64,000 bases of DNA from Trypanosoma brucei (lineage: Eukaryota): positions 3,232,001-3,296,000 of the forward strand of contig CM000208.1 of the NCBI GenBank assembly GCA_000002445.1. Direction: 5' to 3'. The notes under the pieces were generated by a model that had not been told where the DNA came from, did no database searches, and saw nothing but the letters and a program-made list of their open reading frames with translations. The position numbers and the translations under genes are program-made. Position 1 is the first letter of the stretch, and each line of letters opens with the position of its first letter. This document shows, piece by piece, positions 12,909 to 21,907 of the stretch.

Positions 12909-14057
12909 TCATACCCGAGGTGGAATGAGTGACTCGGAGGGGCCGAGATACTTCACCCCACACCCGACAGGGGACTGCAGTAACATCTCAAACGGCTTCT
13001 TCGGGTGGTCAATCAGCTTCTTATATTCGTCGGGAAGCGATACAACCTTGACTTTCTCAAGTAACTCGCGGTCTCCGAAGAAAAACTTCTCGAATGGTGT
13101 TGGGAAGTGCTCCATGAGCATAGCCACGGCTTCAGGAAGGTCCTCCTTAAGAACAAACAAGAAACAGTTCGCCCCGGCATCGAAGGTGTAAGCCAGTGCT
13201 GTGCGGCCCTTCTTCGCATTGTAGGCTTTCACGAGGCGGATCATCGCGTAGCTGTCCTCCGTCGCATACGTAATCTTCGGTTCGGTGGTCGCGCATATCT
13301 CCTGCAGGTCGTCCGATTCAAGCATTGCAATCTCTGCAAAGGTTGCGAAATCCCTCGCCTTTATAGCTCTCGAGGCAATTTTCATGCGCTCCGGTACGGT
13401 TTCTGAGATGCGCTTCTTCATCAAAGGCGACGTTTTGAGGGACTGCTGCATGCCCTTGGTGCTGGAGACATCCTTCTGTGCCCCTTTAAGGACAGCGCAC
13501 ATCACCTGTATCTCGGGCCAATGCGTTTCGTCAACAAATTGTGTGGCCACACAGTCGCTACCATCAGGTTTCTCCCCCTTGTTCCATATAACGAAACCCC
13601 CAAAGGCACTGCGGCAGGCGCTGCCAGATCCAAGGCGAGCAAGCATTGAGACGTTAGTGGTGGACTTGAAAGCACGGATGAGCGCCGCCGACATGGCGCA
13701 GTAGCCGCTAGCGGAAGAGGCCATCCCAGCGGCAGTTGGGAAGTTGTTCTCCGATACGATGTTCACCTTTTTGTTTTTCAGGTCTTCGGGGCATGTGCTC
13801 CTGAGATGAAGGAGCATCGACTGGACCCGTGGAGTCTTTCCCACATCAACCTCGGTGCCGTTCAGTCGCAACGTGTCTGTCTCGATGTCGTCCCTGAGTT
13901 CCACGGAGGTTTTGCTACGAAACGGGCTTGCGGAGAGCGTGATGCTAAAAGAGTCATTTGTGGGGAGTATCAGCGTCTCTCCACCCTCACGCTTACCCCA
14001 GTACTTGATAAAAGCGATGTTGATGGGTGCCTCGACGGTGACACACTGGTCGGACAT
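12909..14057 (-). CDS. MVD: Diphosphomevalonate (mevalonate-5-pyrophosphate) decarboxylase, GHMP kinase family
   Basis: Translation contains the MVD N-terminal signature VEAPINIAFIKYWGKR and the GHMP ATP-binding loop PTAAGMASSASGYCAMSAA. The likely true start is the ATG at 14057..14055 (MSDQCVTVEAP...). The ORF-track start at 14165 adds a 36-aa hydrophobic non-conserved extension. Confidence 0.9.
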   Translation of the reverse strand: MSDQCVTVEAPINIAFIKYWGKREGGETLILPTNDSFSITLSASPFRSKTSVELRDDIETDTLRLNGTEVDVGKTPRVQSMLLHLRSTCPEDLKNKKVNIVSENNFPTAAGMASSASGYCAMSAALIRAFKSTTNVSMLARLGSGSACRSAFGGFVIWNKGEKPDGSDCVATQFVDETHWPEIQVMCAVLKGAQKDVSSTKGMQQSLKTSPLMKKRISETVPERMKIASRAIKARDFATFAEIAMLESDDLQEICATTEPKITYATEDSYAMIRLVKAYNAKKGRTALAYTFDAGANCFLFVLKEDLPEAVAMLMEHFPTPFEKFFFGDRELLEKVKVVSLPDEYKKLIDHPKKPFEMLLQSPVGCGVKYLGPSESLIPPRV

Positions 14058-14259
14058 GGCGCCGCTTTGCCACGCAGCAATTAATTCTTCCCTCGCTTTA
14101 CCTACGCTGAGGTCAGTAAGAAAGGGGAAGTAAGTACTGAGGAGAAAAAGTGATTGAGAAAACAATTTAAAAGCTACAAGCTCCGTTCACATTACGATTT
14201 CCCCCCTCTTTTTGCGGATAGGAAACGCCACGCCTGGGTCGAATCTGCGACCCGCAATG

Positions 14260-15285
14260 CTAGGCCACACTCCGGCAGGAACGCAAGATGGTGGCCACCC
14301 TGTTATGTGCGGCGAAGGAGGCTTGTGGTACACTTGGCGGGGTCAGCGGAGCCACCGAGGCCTCAGCCTCCCAACCAAATCCTACAAGAGCCGCTAACGC
14401 ATCTTCGGCATCGGCGTGCTTCTCCGTGCTTTTTGACACCATGCGCCGACCTGTCAGCAGGGCCAACGCAAAGTCGGCATCGTCAGGATGGAACAACTCC
14501 ACGACTGTAGCGAATGAGCCACCGTTGGAAGCAAAACTGAAAGCGTAATCCGCAACGGGACCAACGTGTCTGGTGAGTTTCGATAGCAGCCCCGCGGGGT
14601 CGCAAGTGGACAGCGGCACCGGCACCGCGTTTCGTATCCGTGCGCTCGCTAGTGGGGTATTGCCCTGCACAAAGCCTTCACTAGATGGGCCGCTAACGTC
14701 GGTGGCTGCCGTTGTTTCACCACGAAGCAGTGCCGTCAACTCTCCATCCGTCTCACGAATGCCTTCCGTCGTCCTCTCCAACGATTCTTGCGCGCGGCAG
14801 TACGACTCCTGGAGCTCCAACAGTCTTTGCAGCAACTCCCCGCCCTCAGCCGCCTGCTCGCTAGTTTCCAACATTTCCGGAATGGCACGTACAAGCAGCT
14901 CATCCATTTGCAAGTCGCGGGGCATCAGGTGGTTCTTTGGGAGATTTGGATTCATTTCCAACTTAGTTTTCTCCTCTTGTACGCCCCCCGCGGCGCCCTC
15001 TAGAGTAGCCACTGCAGCCGTTTGTTTCTTGAACACGTTGGAGTGTATTTCGATGGCATGATTCTTCAGCCGTTCGCCATCAAGGTGGTCTACCGCCAGC
15101 CGCGCCGCTGAACTCTGGTGGAAACGAACCCAGTAAAATGACCGTTGCCGGGAAGCATCGTATCGCATTTTCAACTCATCAATGTCCCCAATAATACGCA
15201 ACCATTCGTGCACATCTTCAGCGAGTACCGCCGAGAGGTCATCAACAAAGACGTGCACAACCCTTGCGTCACCTCGATCGGCCAT
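14260..15285 (-). CDS. Conserved hypothetical protein (possible N-terminal RRM-like fold, C-terminal coiled-coil/helical region)
   Basis: 342-aa ORF from the ATG at 15285..15283 (MADRGDARVVHVFVDD...). The segment VVHVFVDDLS...SFYWVRFHQSSAARLAVDHLDGERLKNHAIEIH resembles a beta-alpha-beta RRM-like module. No stronger homology is recognisable by eye. The track ORF is extended 38 codons upstream. Confidence 0.5.
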   Translation of the reverse strand: MADRGDARVVHVFVDDLSAVLAEDVHEWLRIIGDIDELKMRYDASRQRSFYWVRFHQSSAARLAVDHLDGERLKNHAIEIHSNVFKKQTAAVATLEGAAGGVQEEKTKLEMNPNLPKNHLMPRDLQMDELLVRAIPEMLETSEQAAEGGELLQRLLELQESYCRAQESLERTTEGIRETDGELTALLRGETTAATDVSGPSSEGFVQGNTPLASARIRNAVPVPLSTCDPAGLLSKLTRHVGPVADYAFSFASNGGSFATVVELFHPDDADFALALLTGRRMVSKSTEKHADAEDALAALVGFGWEAEASVAPLTPPSVPQASFAAHNRVATILRSCRSVA

Positions 15286-15637
15286 TGCTTTCAGGAATAG
15301 GGAAGGAGAGGGATTGTCGCGCACACGGGCAGGGAGAGGGGCAACAGTTGGTTCACAGAAAGATGTACAGAACAACGGAGGCCCGCAGTACGTGCTCAAA
15401 CTGGCATAGGGACCATGCGTTTAAGAACACCAAATTGAAATAAAGGAAACAAAAAAGTATAATTAGGTGTAAAGAGGGAGTAGGACAAAAGGGGAAACAT
15501 AGGTGCTATCCCCTGGTGGTGGTGACCCTAGCAACGAAGAACGAGCCACAGTTATTCCACAGTTAATGTTTACAACAAATCAAACGCATTTATTTTGTAT
15601 ATAACATTGTCTATGTATTTTCCTTTACGAATTATTT

Positions 15638-17220
15638 CTACGAATTAGCCTTTTCAGCCTCCTCAGTTTTTTTGTTTCCCCCCGTTTCGCTACCTTCGCT
15701 GTCCGCATTGGAGTGAGGTGCACTCGCCTCACGCAACATTATGCAGTAGACGGCAAGCCAGCACGGAATTGCAAGACCAAGGAATGCGAATATCACAAGA
15801 AGAGCATTACGTAGCTGATACTTGCTGACGCAGTGTCCATCCGTGCTATTACCCGTTTTGTTTATCCACTTGCATAAATTGTCAATGTCGTTTCTGCACT
15901 GGGTGTTATTACCATGCGCCGGACATCCTCTCGAGAAGGCATTGTCAGAGAGATAACCAGCAAGTGTTGGTGACGGGAAATCGCCTAGCAAGTGAATAAG
16001 AAGAACGGAGTAACTCACGGCATATGCCCTTTGATCCCATGGGACCACTGTTAGTATTGCTGAGTTAATGGGTGCTGTGACTGCAAAGAGAGTAAACACC
16101 GAAACCACCAGAAGCGATGTAAACAGCCAAGTAACTTCCATGAACAATGCAGCAAGTCCTACGGGGACGCTGACGGCAATCATGACGACGCAAAAAAGCT
16201 GACACTTCATAGTGCCTGAAGAGCCAAGGCTCCCTCCAAGTTTGTCCACTACAACGCCTCCGACGATGGATCCAATGATACCGGTAAGTGCTGTGGTACC
16301 GCCCATGATCATTGATGCCGTCATGTTGGTAAGCTCCATCGGCCCATCAACTAGAAAAGGTATTGACCATACCGAGAGGCCGCCGATTACAAAGCAGTAC
16401 ATTGCGTAACCGAAGACAACAAGGAGATACCGTGCGTTCGTGAAAATTGAAAGGCAGCCTTATGTACCGGGAGGTATTCGTTGTCGCGTTTCTGGCGCAT
16501 GTTGTATCGTTTGGGGAGGAATACGATAAGTAGCAAAATCGGAATGGCGACGATCGCAAGGGAGAGAAAGGTTACACGCCAGCCCTCCAGACCCCCTACG
16601 GAACCATACGTACCCATCACACCACCGGCAGCCATACCAACCGCTGTCCCGACGGGGATCATAGAGTAGAACGTGCCTATCCACGATGTCCGTGACTCGG
16701 GTGGTGCAATGGCATCAATCACCGTCACTGTGAAACCAACAAAGGCGGCCTCTCCCACCCCATCAAAGATTCTGCAGGCGAGAAGGAACTCATACGAGCG
16801 TGCCAGGCCGGTTCCAACTAAAGAAGCAACCCATACAATGATGCCTACGGCGATGATCCACTTGGATTGTACGACACCTCCGAGCCCAGCGAACAGGGGA
16901 CAGGCGACCATGAAGCCAATCATGAAGCCTGAGAAAAGCAAGCCGGCCTTCGTATCCGTCAGAACATTCGATGACCCCGCGATGGTCGGATCACCCTTAA
17001 TGACGACTAAACAACCGGCAATGGCTCCGCGGTCGTAATACGTGACGAAGTTGAGAAGCGTGAAGATGGAAAGAACAATGCGAGGTGTCATGAGCCGCCC
17101 CCACCGTGATACAGGTTCCTCGGCAGTAGGATCAACCTCCTCAGGTGTAGTTTGCACTTCTTCATGTTCGTTCGTTTCGTGGGGATCGTTCCTTTGCGTT
17201 TTATCTTCGGAAGCCATCAT
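15638..17220 (-). CDS. Major facilitator superfamily (MFS) transporter, about 510 aa, interrupted by a 1-nt frameshift (possible pseudogene or sequencing indel)
   Basis: Two overlapping minus ORFs, 16387..17220 and 15638..16402. Each encodes about six hydrophobic helices with MFS-type glycine-rich TM motifs (GFMIGFMVACPLFAGLGG; GIIGSIVGGVVVDKLGG). The first ends in an out-of-frame tail (KAAFQFSRTHGISLLSSVTQCTAL*). The second frame is open back to a TAA and reads ...FTNARYLLVVFGYAMYCFVIGG. Adding one T to the T4 run (plus A4 at 16442-16445) fuses them into a continuous 12-TM protein with a basic central loop (KRYNMRQKRDNEYLP). Confidence 0.6.
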
Positions 17221-17494
17221 TCACTACTGTAGTCGAAAAAAGAGGCGGGGTATGGGAAGCTTTGTCCGCTGCTTAGCGGTAAGCGTAGCAATGGATTGAA
17301 ACAAATGAGAGGGCGAGGTGGGTGTTGTGTGAAAGGCGTGGCGCTTTGTTTTCACTTTCTGTTAATAAGCGGTTTGCACAAATGAATCTAAGTGTATTGT
17401 TGATCAACAACTAAAGGAAATAAATAAGTCACGAACGAATAACATCAAGGGAAGCTCCCATGAACTTGAAAGAATTATCTGTCAGTTGGGCAGG

Positions 17495-20332
17495 TCAGCA
17501 GCCTGTGATCCCTCTCAGCGCATGTAGGGCAGAGACAACACGGTGTGTTGGAGGGAGAATGTCAACCAGAGCCCAGGCAGCACGCGCCCACTCACCCTGC
17601 TTTTCTGTATTGTTGATGTGAAGATAGAAGACGGAATTGTTCCACGCCTCGACCGTAAAATATTCCAAAAGGAGTAGGGCGAAAGCGGAGGAGTTATTGG
17701 CGGTTACGCCCCTTTCCCCAACCGCACCGTAGCGCCCAAGAAAGGTGCCGACGGTAATACCCATCACGGGAAGAGAAAGGAAACTCATGAGGTGCTGCAC
17801 TACGCACATTTGCTCTTTTCTGTCGGATCCCAAAGTGAAGGCTTTGTACAGGCAAGAGAGGTTCTTTGTAAGGGTTTCAGCAACCGCTTCCTCTTCACCT
17901 GCCCGAACCTCAGTGGAAGCCGCAACTCTTTCCATTAAGTCGAGCGAGGCTTTCGCAAACAGCCCCATGGCGAATTCTCGTAAATAGGAACATTCTGTTG
18001 TGACACGGGATGCCTCGAACGTGGCGGCCTCTGCCAGCGCCTCGTAAACATTATACGGCACAGGGATAGTGGAAAGCTCCCTCACTATCTCATCCATTTC
18101 CTGCGGTGTTTCGATCGATGGGCCACGCAAATGCCACTCAGACTTACTCAGCAAAAATGTCACACGACATTCCGCGGTATAAGTTGTTGAGATAAGATCC
18201 CTACACGCGTTAAGGTGTTTCTCAAGATCCGCCAAGTCAATCAGTGGATTACCTGTTGAAAACAACCGAAACTCGTCCTCCAACATGCACAAGATGGCAG
18301 CCAACAACGGTGACTGTGTGCCCGCTTCCCTAGGCGACGGATCTTGCTCTGCAATGCAAGCGGCTGCTCGAAATAAGGCAATACTTGTGGCGCTAGCTTC
18401 GAGTGTGAACTCTGAACCTAGTAAAAGGAAAGCTTGCGTCCACCACATTACTTCGTCATGTGTTAGTTTCAGCGTGGCAGAGCCCTCCGAGAGAATGTTT
18501 TGAATCCGCTGCGTGAGTTTGTACAAGTCGTCATCAGAGTGCGCGCAACTTCTATTGATAGCCGTGGTGACATACACCCGTAGAACCTCAAGTTCTGTCC
18601 TGACATCTGCGAAGGGTACTGGCGAGAGGAGAGCTTGCAAGGCGGCCAACGAGGCAACGTTGAGGCAGTTCCGCTTTAGGCAGCAGTTGATAGCAGTGCA
18701 CAAGGCTGGGATTACCAACTCCGAGGGTTCACATGCCACCAGTTGGTGTATTTCCTCTTTCATGCATGTCTCGCTTCCTTCCATCACAAATATTTTGAAT
18801 AACAACGCGTGGGCGAAGACACAACGTGGTTTTCGCTCTGTGTACCTAAGCAGAATGTCCTTTGGTTTTGCCAGCATGTTCACTTGCTGTCCTTGCTCCA
18901 CAGACTCCACATATTTTGTGCATAGGTGAAGCTGCAGAGCATTGATCTCAGAGTCGCTTGCACAATCTGCAAGGCGGATCGCTGCCTCAAGACTTTCCAC
19001 TGCCTCTCCGTGGCTAAATTCTGCGTTGTCGCTAAGTTCCCAGAGCCATTTAAAGCAATAGCGTCGATATTTCGGATCCTCGAAGTCCAAACACTCATTT
19101 CGCATTATTTGCAGGGCGGAACGACAAGACTCGGTATCTTTACTGTGAAGGAGGAGCTGAACAAGTCGAAACGTGACACCCTCGGCAGCCGAAGTGCCCT
19201 TGGTCCTGTTCTGTAGTAACTGCATGCTTTCGACTGAACCGCTTTCCATTGTTGTGAACAGCTTCTGAAAGTCAAAACAGACAGCCACCGCGTCATCGAC
19301 GGTGACGTCGAGTCTCTGGACATATTCGCGGAGTTGAACAGACGCCTCCTTTTCCATACCTGCTGCTGCGGTAGCTTTTAGACGCAATAAAGCGGATGTA
19401 TTGGATTGCAGTGCGGAGTCTGCCTCCACCGCCCAACGAACCGCTTCTGACGCGTTCCCTTCCCGGAGCCACGATAACGCCATCTGCTCTAGCGTTGCCC
19501 CACGAAGCATTGGCAGGCGGCAGGGTGCGTCACTTCCTCCATTCTCTTTGAGGTAATTTTGAACGTTAATCGAAGACATAAGCATGTCGCGTATGAAACA
19601 CTCATTTGGAGGCTCCACCTCAGCACTGCCTACCGTGAAAACGAAGTGGAAGAATGTCTCGAGCAAAGTGCGGTGAAGCGTGTTGTCTCGCAACAGCATT
19701 TGCGCAAGCCTTTCACATGACTGTGACGACTCAAACAGGTGCCCGAGGTTCCACATCACCTCCATCTTTGTGTATTCAAATTCCCAACTCAAATTACGGT
19801 GTTTGAGGTGTGGCAACCGTTGTACTACTCCGGGTGGTATGTGGGGAACGATGGTTTCAACAGCGGCAAGAAGTGCCTTAGAACCCTCTGGCATATGATT
19901 CAGAGAGAGGTCACGCGACGTCTTCAGACACATTAGTATGCATTGCTCTGCTTCCCTTGGATGGTGAGTAAAGTAACTGTGTCGAACACTCTCCTCCGAG
20001 TACACAAAATTACCAAGAAGGAACGACCTAGTCGCAAACTCACGCAACGCTACCTTCAGTCTTCGCTCATGCTCTCTACTGTGGTCCGTGCACCGCATTG
20101 TGACGTTCCAACATGCGCTTCCGAGAAGTCGCAGTTCTTCCAGCACCTTCACTGGGAGCGGAGAATCACTGCTTTGATTTGCGGCTGCCCCCTCAACCGC
20201 ACTTGTGGCGATTTTAATATCTGATAGCATATCCTCACAATTGGCGAGGTCCTCACCTTTCCCATGGGTGGTGAATCGATGAAGCACACCATCGAGTTTG
20301 GAGCACAACTGCTTTGTGTCTATCATCTGCGC
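17495..20332 (-). CDS. Large conserved hypothetical protein (about 945 aa, predominantly alpha-helical)
   Basis: Long minus ORF. The track start at 20578 passes through a pyrimidine-rich hydrophobic stretch (FLFLGCYTYCVFLLLL) that looks like the upstream polypyrimidine region. The first plausible ATG after it is at 20332..20330 (MIDTKQLCSKLDG...). I recognise no domain. Confidence 0.55.
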   Translation of the reverse strand, partial: AQMIDTKQLCSKLDGVLHRFTTHGKGEDLANCEDMLSDIKIATSAVEGAAANQSSDSPLPVKVLEELRLLGSACWNVTMRCTDHSREHERRLKVALREFATRSFLLGNFVYSEESVRHSYFTHHPREAEQCILMCLKTSRDLSLNHMPEGSKALLAAVETIVPHIPPGVVQRLPHLKHRNLSWEFEYTKMEVMWNLGHLFESSQSCERLAQMLLRDNTLHRTLLETFFHFVFTVGSAEVEPPNECFIRDMLMSSINVQNYLKENGGSDAPCRLPMLRGATLEQMALSWLREGNASEAVRWAVEADSALQSNTSALLRLKATAAAGMEKEASVQLREYVQRLDVTVDDAVAVCFDFQKLFTTMESGSVESMQLLQNRTKGTSAAEGVTFRLVQLLLHSKDTESCRSALQIMRNECLDFEDPKYRRYCFKWLWELSDNAEFSHGEAVESLEAAIRLADCASDSEINALQLHLCTKYVESVEQGQQVNMLAKPKDILLRYTERKPRCVFAHALLFKIFVMEGSETCMKEEIHQLVACEPSELVIPALCTAINCCLKRNCLNVASLAALQALLSPVPFADVRTELEVLRVYVTTAINRSCAHSDDDLYKLTQRIQNILSEGSATLKLTHDEVMWWTQAFLLLGSEFTLEASATSIALFRAAACIAEQDPSPREAGTQSPLLAAILCMLEDEFRLFSTGNPLIDLADLEKHLNACRDLISTTYTAECRVTFLLSKSEWHLRGPSIETPQEMDEIVRELSTIPVPYNVYEALAEAATFEASRVTTECSYLREFAMGLFAKASLDLMERVAASTEVRAGEEEAVAETLTKNLSCLYKAFTLGSDRKEQMCVVQHLMSFLSLPVMGITVGTFLGRYGAVGERGVTANNSSAFALLLLEYFTVEAWNNSVFYLHINNTEKQGEWARAAWALVDILPPTHRVVSALHALRGITGC

Positions 20333-20749
20333 AACACGAAATGTGCTTCTCCCGCACCTTCCCTTTTTGAGGTGCAAAGTGTCCCGACACGATAATAATA
20401 ACAAAAAAACACAGTACGTATAGCAACCAAGGAAGAGAAAAAGAAGAGGAAGAACAAATGTATCTCCATCTTTGCACCTCACAATGTTGGGATGAACCAC
20501 CGAATTAAATAGTGCATATAACAAAAAACACCGAGACAAGAACATGAGGGGGGGGGGGAAAAACAGCCGAGCGCACAAACGACCACGCCACTGCCACCTC
20601 TATGGAGCAGTTGTTCACACGGTCGCATTCCGAACGCATATGTAAGTAATTCACTGCATTCATCTGAATATAAGAGGGATGGGTAATGTCGTCGATAAGG
20701 TTTGTTCACGTTGAAGAATGTCTTCATCTTACATTTCGATTATTTGATA

Positions 20750-21226
20750 CTACAATGTCTTCTGAGCGGCGATCGCCTCTTTTGCAGCTGCCAGTTCTTC
20801 TTCAGCTAACAGTTCGTTCTCTCGCTCCCTAACCATCTGCAAAACTTGTTTTGACACGCGGTGTTCACGTACCTTGCGCTCAAGGACGGGAGTTGTCGGT
20901 CCCACCGTGTAGGCGTGATAGACAAAGGACAACCATATGTTACCGAACATCACAGCAGAGAAGAAAACCATTGTCATGACGAATGTCTTCCACAACTGCA
21001 GTTGGGTCTTCCGCCAGATCCATCGTACGCGGTTTGTACGAAAGGGTTTCGTCAGACGGCCAATTTTGTTCATCACCAACATACGAAAGAACATGGAGCG
21101 CCGGGCAAGTGTGTCCTTAACTGGTCCAGTGCCAGGTCCCCACATTCCAGGCTGGTCGGTGTACTTCGATGGTGTAGGGGCGAGATGCCCACGATTCATG
21201 GCGCGCCGCTGGCACCGACTAAACAT
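20750..21226 (-). CDS. Small hypothetical membrane protein (single predicted TM helix, C-terminal coiled-coil)
   Basis: 158-aa ORF with a true ATG (plus 21224-21226 = cat). One strongly hydrophobic segment FVMTMVFFSAVMFGNIWLSFVYHAY is flanked by basic residues. The charged helical C-terminus is ELLAEEELAAAKEAIAAQKTL. Family unknown. Confidence 0.45.
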   Translation of the reverse strand: MFSRCQRRAMNRGHLAPTPSKYTDQPGMWGPGTGPVKDTLARRSMFFRMLVMNKIGRLTKPFRTNRVRWIWRKTQLQLWKTFVMTMVFFSAVMFGNIWLSFVYHAYTVGPTTPVLERKVREHRVSKQVLQMVRERENELLAEEELAAAKEAIAAQKTL

Positions 21227-21907
21227 AACGAAAACTGTTCAGGTGCTATCTGTAATAGGTATCAACCCAAGTGGCTGTCAGAGGAACGAGTCGTTTACAC
21301 TCAGTGAAGAGAAGAAGGTTTAAGGTACAAGTTGCATTGCGTAAGGTGCAGGTGCCAAACTAGGGGAACACAACTGAGCAGATGTATGAAAGAATAATGT
21401 AATTGAAGTGCCACAGACTCAGTAAACTAAAGGTTCCCGTGGTCGGAATATACTGAAGCACAAAAGGCTACATTTGGAAGAGAGGAGGAAGGTTACATGC
21501 ATACATATATGATAACCAGTACAAGAGCGTGGCTCGCCACCAAACCATAGAATTTACAACAACGAAGGACCACAAACAGTTCCCACTGGCGCACGAGCAA
21601 TAAGACAAGGTAGCAAAAAAAAAAAGAAGGCGAGCGCATGGTTTGCCTCATGGACTGAATTCGTCGCAGCGCACGTGGTGTATGAAATAAGAAAGCATGA
21701 GCGATACAATTGCAATACGAGTCAAGATAGAGACCGCTTTATGCAGACCCGACGTGAGACTACTTAATTATGTTTGACCTCTGTTTCCTCATAGCCCGCA
21801 CCTCCCACTGTACTTTGTTCATGTGCACCACATTGCGTCACAACAATATCCGTTATAACTACATCGTTTTTATTTCATCCAAATTGATGAGCTCAGTCAT
21901 AATGTCC

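Noticed and set aside
16347-16559. Third-frame ORF overlapping the MFS frameshift region
   Set aside because: It is a by-product of the frame overlap and has no transporter-like sequence. The two flanking frames carry the real protein.
20750-21226. Assigning the 158-aa membrane protein to a named family (for example a mitochondrial import or ER translocon subunit)
   Set aside because: Only a single TM helix and a coiled-coil tail are visible, which is not enough to name a family without profile searches.
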